Below, piece by piece: positions 48,856 through 58,936 of a stretch of 64,000 nucleotides of DNA. The position numbers and the translations under genes are program-made. The notes below the pieces were generated by a model. That model saw only the letters and a program-made list of their open reading frames with translations, did not search any database and was not told where the DNA came from. This DNA comes from Nemertoderma westbladi (Eukaryota; Animalia; Xenacoelomorpha). The stretch spans positions 1-64,000 of the forward strand of contig JAUCBJ010001840.1 of assembly GCA_032718475.1 (NCBI GenBank), written 5' to 3'. Each line of letters begins with the position of its first letter. The stretch's first letter is position 1.

Positions 48856-50586
48856 TTACGGTTTATGTTTGTCAACAGATTTCCGTTGGGTATTTGTTGT
48901 AATATTACTAAGGATCCACGGCTGATTATGTTGAAGAGGCTGAAATTGACCATATATACCTGTCTTCTCTGAGTCTTGTTCAAGGAGGCATAATTTCTGT
49001 ATCAGTCTTTCGAGAATACTCCCATTCTGCGTCTTCAATTTAGCGCTTCTGACTAAGCCATCGCCACTGTAGTTAGGTTCTAAGACAGTAGCTGTAAGCC
49101 AATCCCGCCGTGGCCGTACAGGGTCATGAATTAAGACGATATCACCAATATTTAGATTTGGTCGTTGGCAAAACCACTTCGATCTTAGGCGTTGAGAAGG
49201 TAAATAGTCAATCAACCAATTGTTCCAGAATCGTTGAGTCAGGAGTTGAAGAACTTTCCAGGTGCGTCGGGAATGAAGATCATTATCCTCCATTTCGGAT
49301 ATTGGTATCGTAATGGCTGGTTTAGAGAAGAGGAAATGTGCTGGAGTGAGAGCTTCAGCTGATTCAGAAGATTGCGAAATACGTGTTAATGGTCGGTTGT
49401 TCAAAACTAATTCGATCTGAGCCAACAATGTGCGCAACGCCTCATCATCCAAATACGTGTAAGTCTCATCCTCGGGCAACAGTTTGTAGAAAGCTTGTTT
49501 GACACTTTGTACCAGCCTTTCATAAGTTCCCCCATACCAAGGAGCGTGGGGTGGAGTAAAGTACCAGTCTATGAGGTTTATTTGATGATTATCAAGAAGC
49601 TCGTGTAGCGATTGCGTATTCCACTCATTGATATTATTACGAAGCTCTTTCTCGGCTGCTACGAAGTTTCCTCCATTATCAGAGGTGATATGATGTGGTT
49701 GTCCGCGCCGTGCGATCAATCTGGACAATGCGGACAAAAACGAACCCATGTTAGCTTGATACAAAACGTCCAGATGGATCGCCCTTGTAGTCATACATAC
49801 CGCCAATAAGCCCCATCGTTTGACAGTAGTTCTGGCGCGCTTAACTAATATCGGGCCAAACATATCCACTCCACAATTGGTAAATGCTGGCTCATATGCC
49901 GCCATCCGAACGTTGGGTAGATCTCCCATCTGTTGCTTCATCAGTGGTGAGTTGTATCTCCGGCAGTGAAGACAATTGCGCATAACATTCCGTAGATACT
50001 TCCAGGGTGAAACTAGAAAATAGTGTTGTCTCAAATGACTCAAGATATGGTCTCTTCCTGAGTGATTAAGTTCAAGGTGAGTGTCATGAAATAATTGTTC
50101 CAAGAGGAGTGGTTCGCGCAACATGATAGGATGTATAGTGTCATAGGACACTGGAGCCATTGTTAGGCGTGTTTGAACTCGAATAATCCCATTTGACATG
50201 ATTGTGGCAACATGCTGAGGGGGGATAGGGTTATTATGTTGATGTTTCAAAAAAAGTTCTGGATCTGCTATTCTTTGTGAGAGGCGAAGTCTCATTTGTA
50301 AACTGGTCCTTAGTTCTTCTAGTGTTAATGGACCAAAAAATCTAAGAGGTTTCTCGGTCGTATTGGGATTCTTTTGTCGCCAACAATACCAATGTGCCAT
50401 GCGGCGAATGTAGCAAATATCCCGAATCGAGGCACGAAGACTTTGCTGACTGCTCAGAAGTCTTTTCAACCAAGGATGCAATCCTTTGTCTAAGTTTGGA
50501 AATTTAATCTCTTTACTTGAACCTCTGGGAATTGGGGTAGGATCATCTTCAACATTTATTATTGTATTGGTTTCTCCTGAAATCAA
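48856..50586 (-). CDS. pol: BEL-2 integrase region (separated from upstream ORF by a 1-nt shift)
   Basis: HHCC (H..H...CLHC), GVDMFGP, SDNGGNF, GGTYERLVQSVK, C-terminal IQKLCLLE. Confidence 0.92.
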   Translation of the reverse strand: MISGETNTIINVEDDPTPIPRGSSKEIKFPNLDKGLHPWLKRLLSSQQSLRASIRDICYIRRMAHWYCWRQKNPNTTEKPLRFFGPLTLEELRTSLQMRLRLSQRIADPELFLKHQHNNPIPPQHVATIMSNGIIRVQTRLTMAPVSYDTIHPIMLREPLLLEQLFHDTHLELNHSGRDHILSHLRQHYFLVSPWKYLRNVMRNCLHCRRYNSPLMKQQMGDLPNVRMAAYEPAFTNCGVDMFGPILVKRARTTVKRWGLLAVCMTTRAIHLDVLYQANMGSFLSALSRLIARRGQPHHITSDNGGNFVAAEKELRNNINEWNTQSLHELLDNHQINLIDWYFTPPHAPWYGGTYERLVQSVKQAFYKLLPEDETYTYLDDEALRTLLAQIELVLNNRPLTRISQSSESAEALTPAHFLFSKPAITIPISEMEDNDLHSRRTWKVLQLLTQRFWNNWLIDYLPSQRLRSKWFCQRPNLNIGDIVLIHDPVRPRRDWLTATVLEPNYSGDGLVRSAKLKTQNGSILERLIQKLCLLEQDSEKTGIYGQFQPLQHNQPWILSNITTNTQRKSVDKHKP

Positions 50587-50587
50587 C

Positions 50588-53500
50588 CTAGATTTGGGGG
50601 GGGTATACTCTATTGAGAACTATCTCCGCTCCCTTGGGGAGATTTAGATCTCGCAGTACATGAGGCCACTCATCTTCTGTCTCCCACAAGAAATCTGGAC
50701 CTTTCCACCATATGGAAGAATTGACTAATTCTTCTGCTGTTGAGCCACAACAGGCCAGATCAGCTGGATTAATGGTACCAGCTATATGACGCCATTGATA
50801 TAGGAGTGATTGTTTTAATATTCGAGTCACCCGGTTTGTTATAAACACAGAGAGTTTATGTTTACGGTTATGCAGGTATTGTAATACTATGGTAGCATCA
50901 GTCCAATAATATTGTTCTACCTTAAGAGTAAGTTCAGCTGTGATGATCTCAGCAAGTTCAGTTCCCAGCACAGCAGCTTGTAATTCTGCCTTAGGGGTTG
51001 ATAGTTCTTGTTTAGGCATAATACGAGATTTTGAAGCAACAAAGGTTACTGAAAATATACCCTTCAACTCTCGTCTAAAATAGGCCGTTGCACCCATCCC
51101 ATTATCACAAGCGTCAACAAAGACATGAAGTTGAAGTTGTTCGGTTGTTTGCAAGTGAGGAAAGTATGTTCTGGGAATAGTTAATTGTTCTATATTTTTA
51201 AGGTCCTTTTCCCACTTACTCCAGGCCTCAAACAGAAGTTGGGGAATAGTATCATCCCAATCTAAATCTAAAAGCCAAGTTTTCTTAAGCAAGAACTTAG
51301 CCCTCATAATTACTGGCGCAACATATCCAAATGGGTCGAAGACCTTGTGCATTTTCGAAAGGCATTGGCGTCGTGTTTTTGCTGGCACATTATCGATAAA
51401 GGCAACTGTGAAGTAGAACTCATCTTCTTGCATTCGCCAACGTAGTCCCAATGTTTTCATTACTGGGAGCTGCTCTACATCTAAGTCTAGGGTAGGGGAG
51501 GCCCGTTCTTCTGGTGGAAATGTCTGTAGTAGTTCCTTGCTGTTGCTAGCGAATTTCACCAGTCGAAAGCCACCCCGGAGCAGGCAATCTTGAACACCAT
51601 GAGCAATATCAATTAAGTTTCCACTGATTGGATGTGACTTAAGAACATCATCCATATATAAACTATTCTTTATTGTTTCAATTATAACCTTTTTGAAATC
51701 ATTGGCATTGTCATCAGCTGTTGCATACACAATACTCTCAGCATTGCTAGGTGAGGATATTACTCCAAAGGGTTGGCACTTCATCCAATATTGGCTTGGC
51801 TCACCTTCGAGCTCAGTTGTCGGCCACCAATAATATCGGAGGCTGTCTTGGTCCACTGGGAGGGCACGTACCTGTAGAAACATTGCTTCTATATCTGCTA
51901 CGAAAGCTACATTAAACTCACGAAATCTAATAAGAATTCCTACCAAAGATTGTAATAAGTTTGGTCCAGGAAGTATCTCTGTATTGAGTGATTTACCTTT
52001 ATATGTGGCATGACAGTCGAAAACAACTCGTACAGTGTTGGGTTTGTTTTCATGGGTTACAAAATGATGCGGCATAAAATATGACCTGGGACCAAATTGT
52101 TGTTGGTCAGATGGAACCAATTCTGCGCAATCAATTTTGAGGTATTTATCCATTTGATGTTGATACATATCTAAATATTTAGGGTTCTTCTTCAGCCTTT
52201 TTCTCATGTTCAGAGCTCTATTATATGCTAGGCTAGAATTGTTAATAAGCTGTGGAGGATCATCCCGCCACAGCAGGCCAGTCTGATAATGTCCATCAGG
52301 CAGAAGTTTGCGCGTCCGATGCTGGATCTCCACAGCATGGAGGTCGTCTGGAGACATTGCTAATTTATCCTCATTCACGTTAGTGCTGTCATTCTCAAGC
52401 CATCGTTGCATGGCCAAATCAAGAGTCATATTATCCAAGGCTGAACATTCTTCATTATTATGATAATCGTCGTTGGTTCTAGATGATTCACTATGAGTCA
52501 CCAAGTGCATTAAGGTATCGTAAGTATCCTGAGTGGGCAGTTCAGTCATGTCTCTACCTAAGGCTGCCAATTCCTGTTCTATGAATGTATCTTGTAGTCG
52601 ACATACTGATTCATGAGTGAGTATTTCAATGTAATTTATACTCTCAGATTCTCTCTCTTTTAATGTTCTCTCTGATGGTCCCGAACAATACCATCCAAGA
52701 GGTGTTCGTGCCGCAAATGGCGAACTGTATTTGGATGACCCCACTCCCAAGAAAGCTGCCGGGATTGTTTCTAAAACGCGAAAGGCTTCAGGGCAGTTCT
52801 GCCCTATGAGCATGACAACCTTAGGATCTTCAGCCGTTGCTAGAGGAATCTGGTATTGTTTGGAAAAATCATCACTCAACCAGTCATGGGGAGTCCCAAG
52901 TGCGTTTTTTAAACCATTCATACGTATAATTTTGATGTTCTCTGCCATTTCCCCTTCCACGTCATCCCTGGCTGGACTAAGTTTACCCTTTGCCACTACC
53001 GTAGGCATCTCTTGGTACCAGGCTACGGCCGTTAAGTGCAGGTTAGTTTCTTTGGTTACTCCAAACAACCGGTCGAAAATATCCCCATCTAGAAAGGTAG
53101 TCGAGCTACCCGTATCTACAAGAGCATTAACAATTGTTGAACCCTTATCGCCATTTAGTCTCAAGGTCAAAACCGGAAATTCACGCACTGGACCACCTCT
53201 ACGATTGAGTCTACAGGAAATTATGGCAGCATTATCGATAAAATTTGACTCATGTTCTGCAAACTCAGTAACTCCATATTCATCACCAGCAGCATCTGAA
53301 TCTGTCTCAGATTCTACTATTCTCATTGCAGCCTCTTCTCGTTTAGTTTCACGTGAGGTAAGTTCTTCTTTATGAAGGATAGTGTGGTGGGCTTCACCAC
53401 AAATTTTACAACGATTTTTATTCTTACAATGGGACCGGAGGTGGAGGCTTGATAAACAGTTGTAGCAAAGTTTTTCACGTTGACAAAAGGATCTTCTTTT

Positions 53501-56260
53501 CTCTAGATTCATCTTATTAAAGTCTTCACATTTAAACAAGTTATGGGTATCTCCACATTTAATACATTTCAACTCACCTGTCCCTCTGGATACAGTTGGT
53601 TTGGGTGGGATATTTTGTTTAGAAGGTCGAGTGATAGCATTAAGAGCCTTGGATTGTTGATGTCTTCCTTTTGCTGGCTTATGCAATTTCGCCACTATCC
53701 GATTTAAGAACTCATCATCATCACTTGAGTCATCTGTTCTTACTGCATTTACCCTCGAAATTCTTTTAATATCTTTATTAAGAATTGTGGTATTATTGGG
53801 CTTTGCAACAGGCATTAAAACCAGAATATCCACCTCTTCTTCCAAAAACTGGACAAAATGTTCGGCTTTGGCAATATTAGGATCATTCAATCGACGCTGG
53901 TGACGTAATTGTGCCTTTACCCATCGTCGACGAGTGGGTTCTGTTAACTTAGCTGCGAGATCGTTCAATATCTTAGTGTTATCTAGCTGAGGTCCAGCCC
54001 CGAGTTGATGCAGCTGTTGGAAAGTCCATTTTACCTCATCTGCGAATTCAATTACCTTTTCAGGTTGGCTTACAGGTTCCATTTTCAAAAGTTTCTCCAA
54101 TAATGATGCAATTATGGATTGCTCTCGACCATAACGTTTGTTCAAACCTTCCCAGGCCTTTATGAATCCATCCTGAAGACCAACACAACTTTCTACCATC
54201 CTTAAAGGTGCATCTTCCACCATAGCCATCAAATAGTTCAAGTTTTCTTGATCCGTCAAGTGGAATCCCAAAACTGCTGTCTCAAAGTGATGTCTGAAGG
54301 TTACCCAATCATCTGCAGCACCAGAAAATTTCTTTAACTTTATTTTTGGAAGATTTCTCTCAGCCGTAAGTCTATTCATAGCATGTGCTATGGTTGGTTC
54401 CATTGATGAAGTATTAATTCTACTGGACTGAAGCATCCCTATGTCCCTCGATACCAAAGGAGGTGGACACCCTTCACCCAGTGGAGCAGAAGTTGAATTT
54501 GATCTATCAATATTATCCTGGTATGTATTATTTACTAGTTGAATTCTAGAAAGGTTATTGTGAGTTTGACCTCCTGGAGCATTCATACTACCATTGGAAG
54601 TTAGAGTTTCATGAGGGGGCAGTTGGGCCGTATCTGCATTGAGCGCAACTTCTGCTTGGATCCTATCCACATGATCAAAGCAACTCTTCCGAAGGTCCTT
54701 TAACCGTATGTCCATGTTCTTGGCTAGCTGACTTATGTGCTGTCCCCAGTGCCCATGGGGTGGTTGTAAACCCTGTATTTCATTAATCTTCTGGGATAAA
54801 CCCTGCAGACTCTGCTCCATTTCATATCTCCAATTCGAATATTGGTCTATTGGTGACCATCCCATTTTATTATCGTATATAGCATGTGTGTGTTTAGGAA
54901 TGGTTCCGCCTATACTTGTAGAGTATTGCATGGATATTGGAGGTGGTACAGGTATTGATTGTATCCTTGGATGTAAGATAACCTTTGGTTCTCTCGAGGT
55001 TTGATACCTCGGTGAAGATAATTGTGGTCTATTTCCACTTCCAGGATTCTTCTGGAAATAGTGGGAGGATGGTGCCATCTCAGTGTCCTGCCGCTCATAT
55101 CTAATCTCTGAGGTTACATGTCTTGGCTCAATTCTACCAGGTTTAGGAGTTCCTTTTGCCTCTTTCAAAGCCTCTGATTCTAGGAGAATTCTATGTTTTT
55201 CCGGTGGAATTTCGTAAGCTCGCCTCTTGTTAGATACTGGTGGGCAAAACTCAACATGACGTGACAAGTCGGGTTGGGTGGTTACAACGTTGACCTTCAT
55301 TCCCTTTCTATCTTCTAGGTTTTTGTCTATGAAGTGATCCTCTTGATTTTCTTCCATAACCAACCGATTCAAATCAGGTACCAGGGGTTGCTGTAAATAT
55401 CGCTGCAAAGTCTCGGAACTGGGATTAATTGGAGATGAGCTGATAGGTCCTCTTGCAGCTGGTAGCAAAGACTGCCCTTCTTGTCCAATTGAAACAAAAG
55501 GGGCATCATCCAGAATGGTGTCATTTACTTCCTGCAGCTGGGACTGTAGACGGATAAATTTCTGTTGTTGATCTAGGGCATCATTCTGCAATTGAAACTC
55601 CATATCTTTCAGTTTCTTCTGTTCCGCTAACTCCTCAAATATATTATCTTGATGATGTTGTTCCGCAGCAACTCTTTCTTCAACCTCTCGTTTCTTAGAT
55701 TGGGCTATCCTTTCTTCCACAGCTTGTTGGTTGGCTCTCTTCTGGGAGCTCAGTATTATGTTATCTCTCAGTTGTTGTGCTTTTGTTTGCTTTCGTTGAG
55801 TGATCAATTCTTCCTGTTGTTGATATTCCTTAAGGCGACGATCCCTATGTTTCTTTGCTATTTCAAAGCGTTGCATCCGGTCCTCCCTTTTTGAAGAGGC
55901 AACACTGCTTTCACTTAATGTGCAGGTCGGGGATGAAAATAGAGGCATCATTACTCCTGCTGCTCCACACCATTTTTGGTATAGACTAGATATTTTTTGG
56001 TATCTGCCATCGTGCTCACGTGCGCGCATCTGTAATCTATGATCAAGAGTGTCCAATTGTCGGGCCTTGGCAACGAGACGTATCCACTCCAAATGAGACA
56101 TAAGGCGTTGTCGTTTTGCTTCTAATTCAACATTCCATGTGTATACTTCGTCTGGACGGTGAGCCTGGAAATACTCGTGGGTGAGTTTTGCTTCCAATCG
56201 TTTAGATACCGTGTCGACGCTGATAAATATCCGGAGCTTATGTGGTCTAAACGTCCACAA
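50588..56260 (-). CDS. gag-pol: BEL-2 Gag-protease-RT-RNase H polyprotein
   Basis: KFSGAADDWVTF; three knuckles; ALVDTGS; ADIEAMFLQV; YMDD; HVFVDAC; PKAELQAA; WTDATIVL; NPADL. Confidence 0.95.
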   Translation of the reverse strand: MWTFRPHKLRIFISVDTVSKRLEAKLTHEYFQAHRPDEVYTWNVELEAKRQRLMSHLEWIRLVAKARQLDTLDHRLQMRAREHDGRYQKISSLYQKWCGAAGVMMPLFSSPTCTLSESSVASSKREDRMQRFEIAKKHRDRRLKEYQQQEELITQRKQTKAQQLRDNIILSSQKRANQQAVEERIAQSKKREVEERVAAEQHHQDNIFEELAEQKKLKDMEFQLQNDALDQQQKFIRLQSQLQEVNDTILDDAPFVSIGQEGQSLLPAARGPISSSPINPSSETLQRYLQQPLVPDLNRLVMEENQEDHFIDKNLEDRKGMKVNVVTTQPDLSRHVEFCPPVSNKRRAYEIPPEKHRILLESEALKEAKGTPKPGRIEPRHVTSEIRYERQDTEMAPSSHYFQKNPGSGNRPQLSSPRYQTSREPKVILHPRIQSIPVPPPISMQYSTSIGGTIPKHTHAIYDNKMGWSPIDQYSNWRYEMEQSLQGLSQKINEIQGLQPPHGHWGQHISQLAKNMDIRLKDLRKSCFDHVDRIQAEVALNADTAQLPPHETLTSNGSMNAPGGQTHNNLSRIQLVNNTYQDNIDRSNSTSAPLGEGCPPPLVSRDIGMLQSSRINTSSMEPTIAHAMNRLTAERNLPKIKLKKFSGAADDWVTFRHHFETAVLGFHLTDQENLNYLMAMVEDAPLRMVESCVGLQDGFIKAWEGLNKRYGREQSIIASLLEKLLKMEPVSQPEKVIEFADEVKWTFQQLHQLGAGPQLDNTKILNDLAAKLTEPTRRRWVKAQLRHQRRLNDPNIAKAEHFVQFLEEEVDILVLMPVAKPNNTTILNKDIKRISRVNAVRTDDSSDDDEFLNRIVAKLHKPAKGRHQQSKALNAITRPSKQNIPPKPTVSRGTGELKCIKCGDTHNLFKCEDFNKMNLEKRRSFCQREKLCYNCLSSLHLRSHCKNKNRCKICGEAHHTILHKEELTSRETKREEAAMRIVESETDSDAAGDEYGVTEFAEHESNFIDNAAIISCRLNRRGGPVREFPVLTLRLNGDKGSTIVNALVDTGSSTTFLDGDIFDRLFGVTKETNLHLTAVAWYQEMPTVVAKGKLSPARDDVEGEMAENIKIIRMNGLKNALGTPHDWLSDDFSKQYQIPLATAEDPKVVMLIGQNCPEAFRVLETIPAAFLGVGSSKYSSPFAARTPLGWYCSGPSERTLKERESESINYIEILTHESVCRLQDTFIEQELAALGRDMTELPTQDTYDTLMHLVTHSESSRTNDDYHNNEECSALDNMTLDLAMQRWLENDSTNVNEDKLAMSPDDLHAVEIQHRTRKLLPDGHYQTGLLWRDDPPQLINNSSLAYNRALNMRKRLKKNPKYLDMYQHQMDKYLKIDCAELVPSDQQQFGPRSYFMPHHFVTHENKPNTVRVVFDCHATYKGKSLNTEILPGPNLLQSLVGILIRFREFNVAFVADIEAMFLQVRALPVDQDSLRYYWWPTTELEGEPSQYWMKCQPFGVISSPSNAESIVYATADDNANDFKKVIIETIKNSLYMDDVLKSHPISGNLIDIAHGVQDCLLRGGFRLVKFASNSKELLQTFPPEERASPTLDLDVEQLPVMKTLGLRWRMQEDEFYFTVAFIDNVPAKTRRQCLSKMHKVFDPFGYVAPVIMRAKFLLKKTWLLDLDWDDTIPQLLFEAWSKWEKDLKNIEQLTIPRTYFPHLQTTEQLQLHVFVDACDNGMGATAYFRRELKGIFSVTFVASKSRIMPKQELSTPKAELQAAVLGTELAEIITAELTLKVEQYYWTDATIVLQYLHNRKHKLSVFITNRVTRILKQSLLYQWRHIAGTINPADLACCGSTAEELVNSSIWWKGPDFLWETEDEWPHVLRDLNLPKGAEIVLNRVYPPQI

Positions 56261-56487
56261 GAGACAGTGGGGTCAATACCCTCCAATTTCAACTGCATAC
56301 AAGCTGATAAGTAGGAGTCTGTGGCTCTCTCACTAAGAGGTCTCGTTGTTACAGCTAATAGCTGGTGTTCTTCTGATTTGGTTTCATCACTTTCTTGCTG
56401 TGGGGGAACTACTGTTAAGTCAGAAGCTGATGGCGAATTAGTCGGATTTTCCCCATCTGTGGTATACTGTCCATTATCATTAGACAT
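56122..56487 (-). CDS. Probable true Gag N-terminus of BEL-2 (frameshifted) or overlapping upstream ORF
   Basis: ATG-initiated 121 aa at the end of the AT-rich leader; overlaps the long ORF, which lies in the -1 frame and lacks an early ATG. Confidence 0.55.
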   Translation of the reverse strand: MSNDNGQYTTDGENPTNSPSASDLTVVPPQQESDETKSEEHQLLAVTTRPLSERATDSYLSACMQLKLEGIDPTVSCGRLDHISSGYLSASTRYLNDWKQNSPTSISRLTVQTKYTHGMLN

Positions 56488-58323
56488 GTTTAAAATTGAT
56501 ATATGAAATATTCAACAAAGGCCTAATAAAGCCAAATGGTCTGAATGTCTTAAAAAGAAGTAGGCTTACTACTACTTTTACTGAACCGAATATAAATGTT
56601 GGGTACTCTATCTGTACCTATTGGGAGCAGTAGGGAAGCGTAATATGATATCACTTTTTCACAAAAGATTGTATTCAATCGTGGCCAGTGGATAGCCTAA
56701 AAGATTAAAATTGGCTGAAACAGACAGGTAGGTACCGATACTGTGTTTATATTTTAAGCTTAACTGCAGAACTGCAATCAAAAACTAGTAACTTACATTT
56801 AGGCAAACACAAATATATTTACAGAATTAATAGGATTTACTGCTAGACTGAAGCAGTTAATTACTCATAAGACGAGGGTGAATAATGTCTATATTGTAAA
56901 TATTGAAGTAGGACCTACCTAGATACACAATTAAATAGGCCTATGCACTATGGCAGCTTGGGCTGTTGGGCAGTGTATTAAATACTAAATACATATAGGC
57001 TAGCTATATACTGATATTTATATAGATATGAACCATATATTGGTAGATACTAGACAATCTGTCAGTGCCTATACTCAGATATCGGTACTTTATATATATA
57101 ATAACGAAATAACGTCTGAGTTGAGTATATGTAGGACGCTATTACCTTTAATATTATTATGTAATAATATTAATATACACACTTTAATATACAATAATAG
57201 CCTATCAAATACTGGTACTGAAATTGGTTAACTCGGTCTATCAACCAGTTATGAGTTCTGGAGTTAACTAGGTTATATACCGTACAGATATATAGATATA
57301 TATATATATATATACCGGTATATATAGCAGTATAGGCTGATAGGCAAAACTCCTGATACCGGTATACCACTAAATCTGAACAGAAGCAGAAGGTATATAT
57401 TTATTTAATTTATGCAAAATATTACCAGTACCGGTATCAGAATTTAAATTTGATATTTCTTGGAATTAAAATTTGAATTAATCTGAATGTGGGAATGTGA
57501 AAATGCACAACTTCACAGATCATCAGATTATAATCATGAATAACTAAAATATTAGGCCTACCTGTGTTCAGATTAGATATTTAAGACCGGTAGGCCTAGG
57601 CTACTCGCAAATGTACGGTAGCAGGGACACAGACTGCAGGACTGACAGAAAACAGGTTCAAGACTGTATTGGCCTAGGTAGGCCTATATCTGTATATAAA
57701 ACAAACACACACACAAAAGTGCAAAAACATAAACAACTCAAATACACCTGAAAGTTTAGGTCTACTCATTCACAAAACTACCGCTGATTGAGCTTAGTTC
57801 CCTAATGTATGAATAGGGTTGTATTTAGAGTATAGGTACCAGTATAAAATTTATTACAGGTACCGCACCGGTAATTATATATATTGCAAATCTATACGGT
57901 AAACTACCGACAGACCGGTACGTTCCCAGCAGAAATGTCGCAATATAAAAGGATGTTTGCAGGTTTGGCCAATTAAATGTCAGAACGCGGTTTGACATTG
58001 ACAGTTTAATTCAGCCGGTAAACATATAGGTTTGTGCCAAAAACTAAATTAAATTTGGCGGAAAAACAATAATAATGACTTGGATTGATTATAATTTTTC
58101 CAGGGCAAATGTTCGACCGGTTGCGGAAGCGAACGTCTGTCCTACCCAGCGCATATACACAGGTTGATGACCAACTGACAAAAGACACTCGATATGCGAG
58201 GTAATCTAAAGTAAATTGATCGCAGACTACAGAGTCTTTGGTGAAGAGCTGCCGTAGTCCACTAATCACCAAGGCTGCTGAGCCGAGGAAATTGTGAAGA
58301 ACTGCGATTTTATTTTAAATTCA

Positions 58324-58334
58324 AAAGTTCTTAT
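58324..58334 (-). promoter_or_regulatory. Candidate self-priming PBS of BEL-2 (sense ATAAGAACTTT)
   Basis: Directly follows the 5' LTR; no TGG; exact complement within LTR at 58756-58766. Confidence 0.72.
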
Positions 58335-58936
58335 TATCACGTTGGCTAAAAGAATCCTTTGTGAAGATTCTATAGCCGGGAAGGAAATAAGGAGGGCCGG
58401 TTGCGGTACTCCAAGTATTTCTTACCCTGGGCCACGTGTAAGCCTTGACTGGGCTGATAATTCTAGAGCTCCTTTTATAAGGATGTCCAAACCTCCCAAA
58501 CAGACTCCAGGCTCTCCCTGCACCTTAATATAAATACCCAAACTGCCAAACCCAATAGAGTTACCTGATTGCCAAAGTTACCTTGCTCGCTTGACCGCGA
58601 GTGAAGCCCCTCCCCACGGCGGAATAGAGTGACGGAAATATAAGTTGTAACCCACGATATAATAGAGAACGGACGACGGACCCGGTGACCTGGTGGATTG
58701 TTCTAGGCGCTGGTGAGTAATGTTGTTTGTTATTGTAGGATTGGGAACAAATCCCATAAGAACTTTATGAATTCTCCCAGTCAGTAGTTAGCAGTACTGC
58801 AGTATGCCTACATCGGTAGGCTACTCTCTGTGTTGCAGGAGTAGTGCAGTCGTGTCCTGTCACTTCTGCTGTCTGCTATCTGATGGATACCGGAAGTGTC
58901 ATTTTGTCATTTTACAGGCCACCAGGTGACGTCATA
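58335..58936 (-). repeat. BEL-2 5' LTR
   Basis: Direct repeat of 46826-47427. Confidence 0.95.

Larger units (their letters stand above)
46826..58936 (-). mobile_element. BEL/Pao LTR retrotransposon BEL-2, near-intact, recent
   Basis: 602-bp LTRs with 4 differences seen; TSD CAGGG (46821-46825, 58937-58941); Gag-PR-RT-RH-IN order. Confidence 0.96.

Noticed and set aside
50594-50600. CCCAAAT as a -1 slippery heptamer
   Set aside because: Wrong phase; joining the ORFs needs a +1 shift
52731-53375. 214-aa plus-strand ORF
   Set aside because: Antisense to the BEL-2 protease region; no independent features
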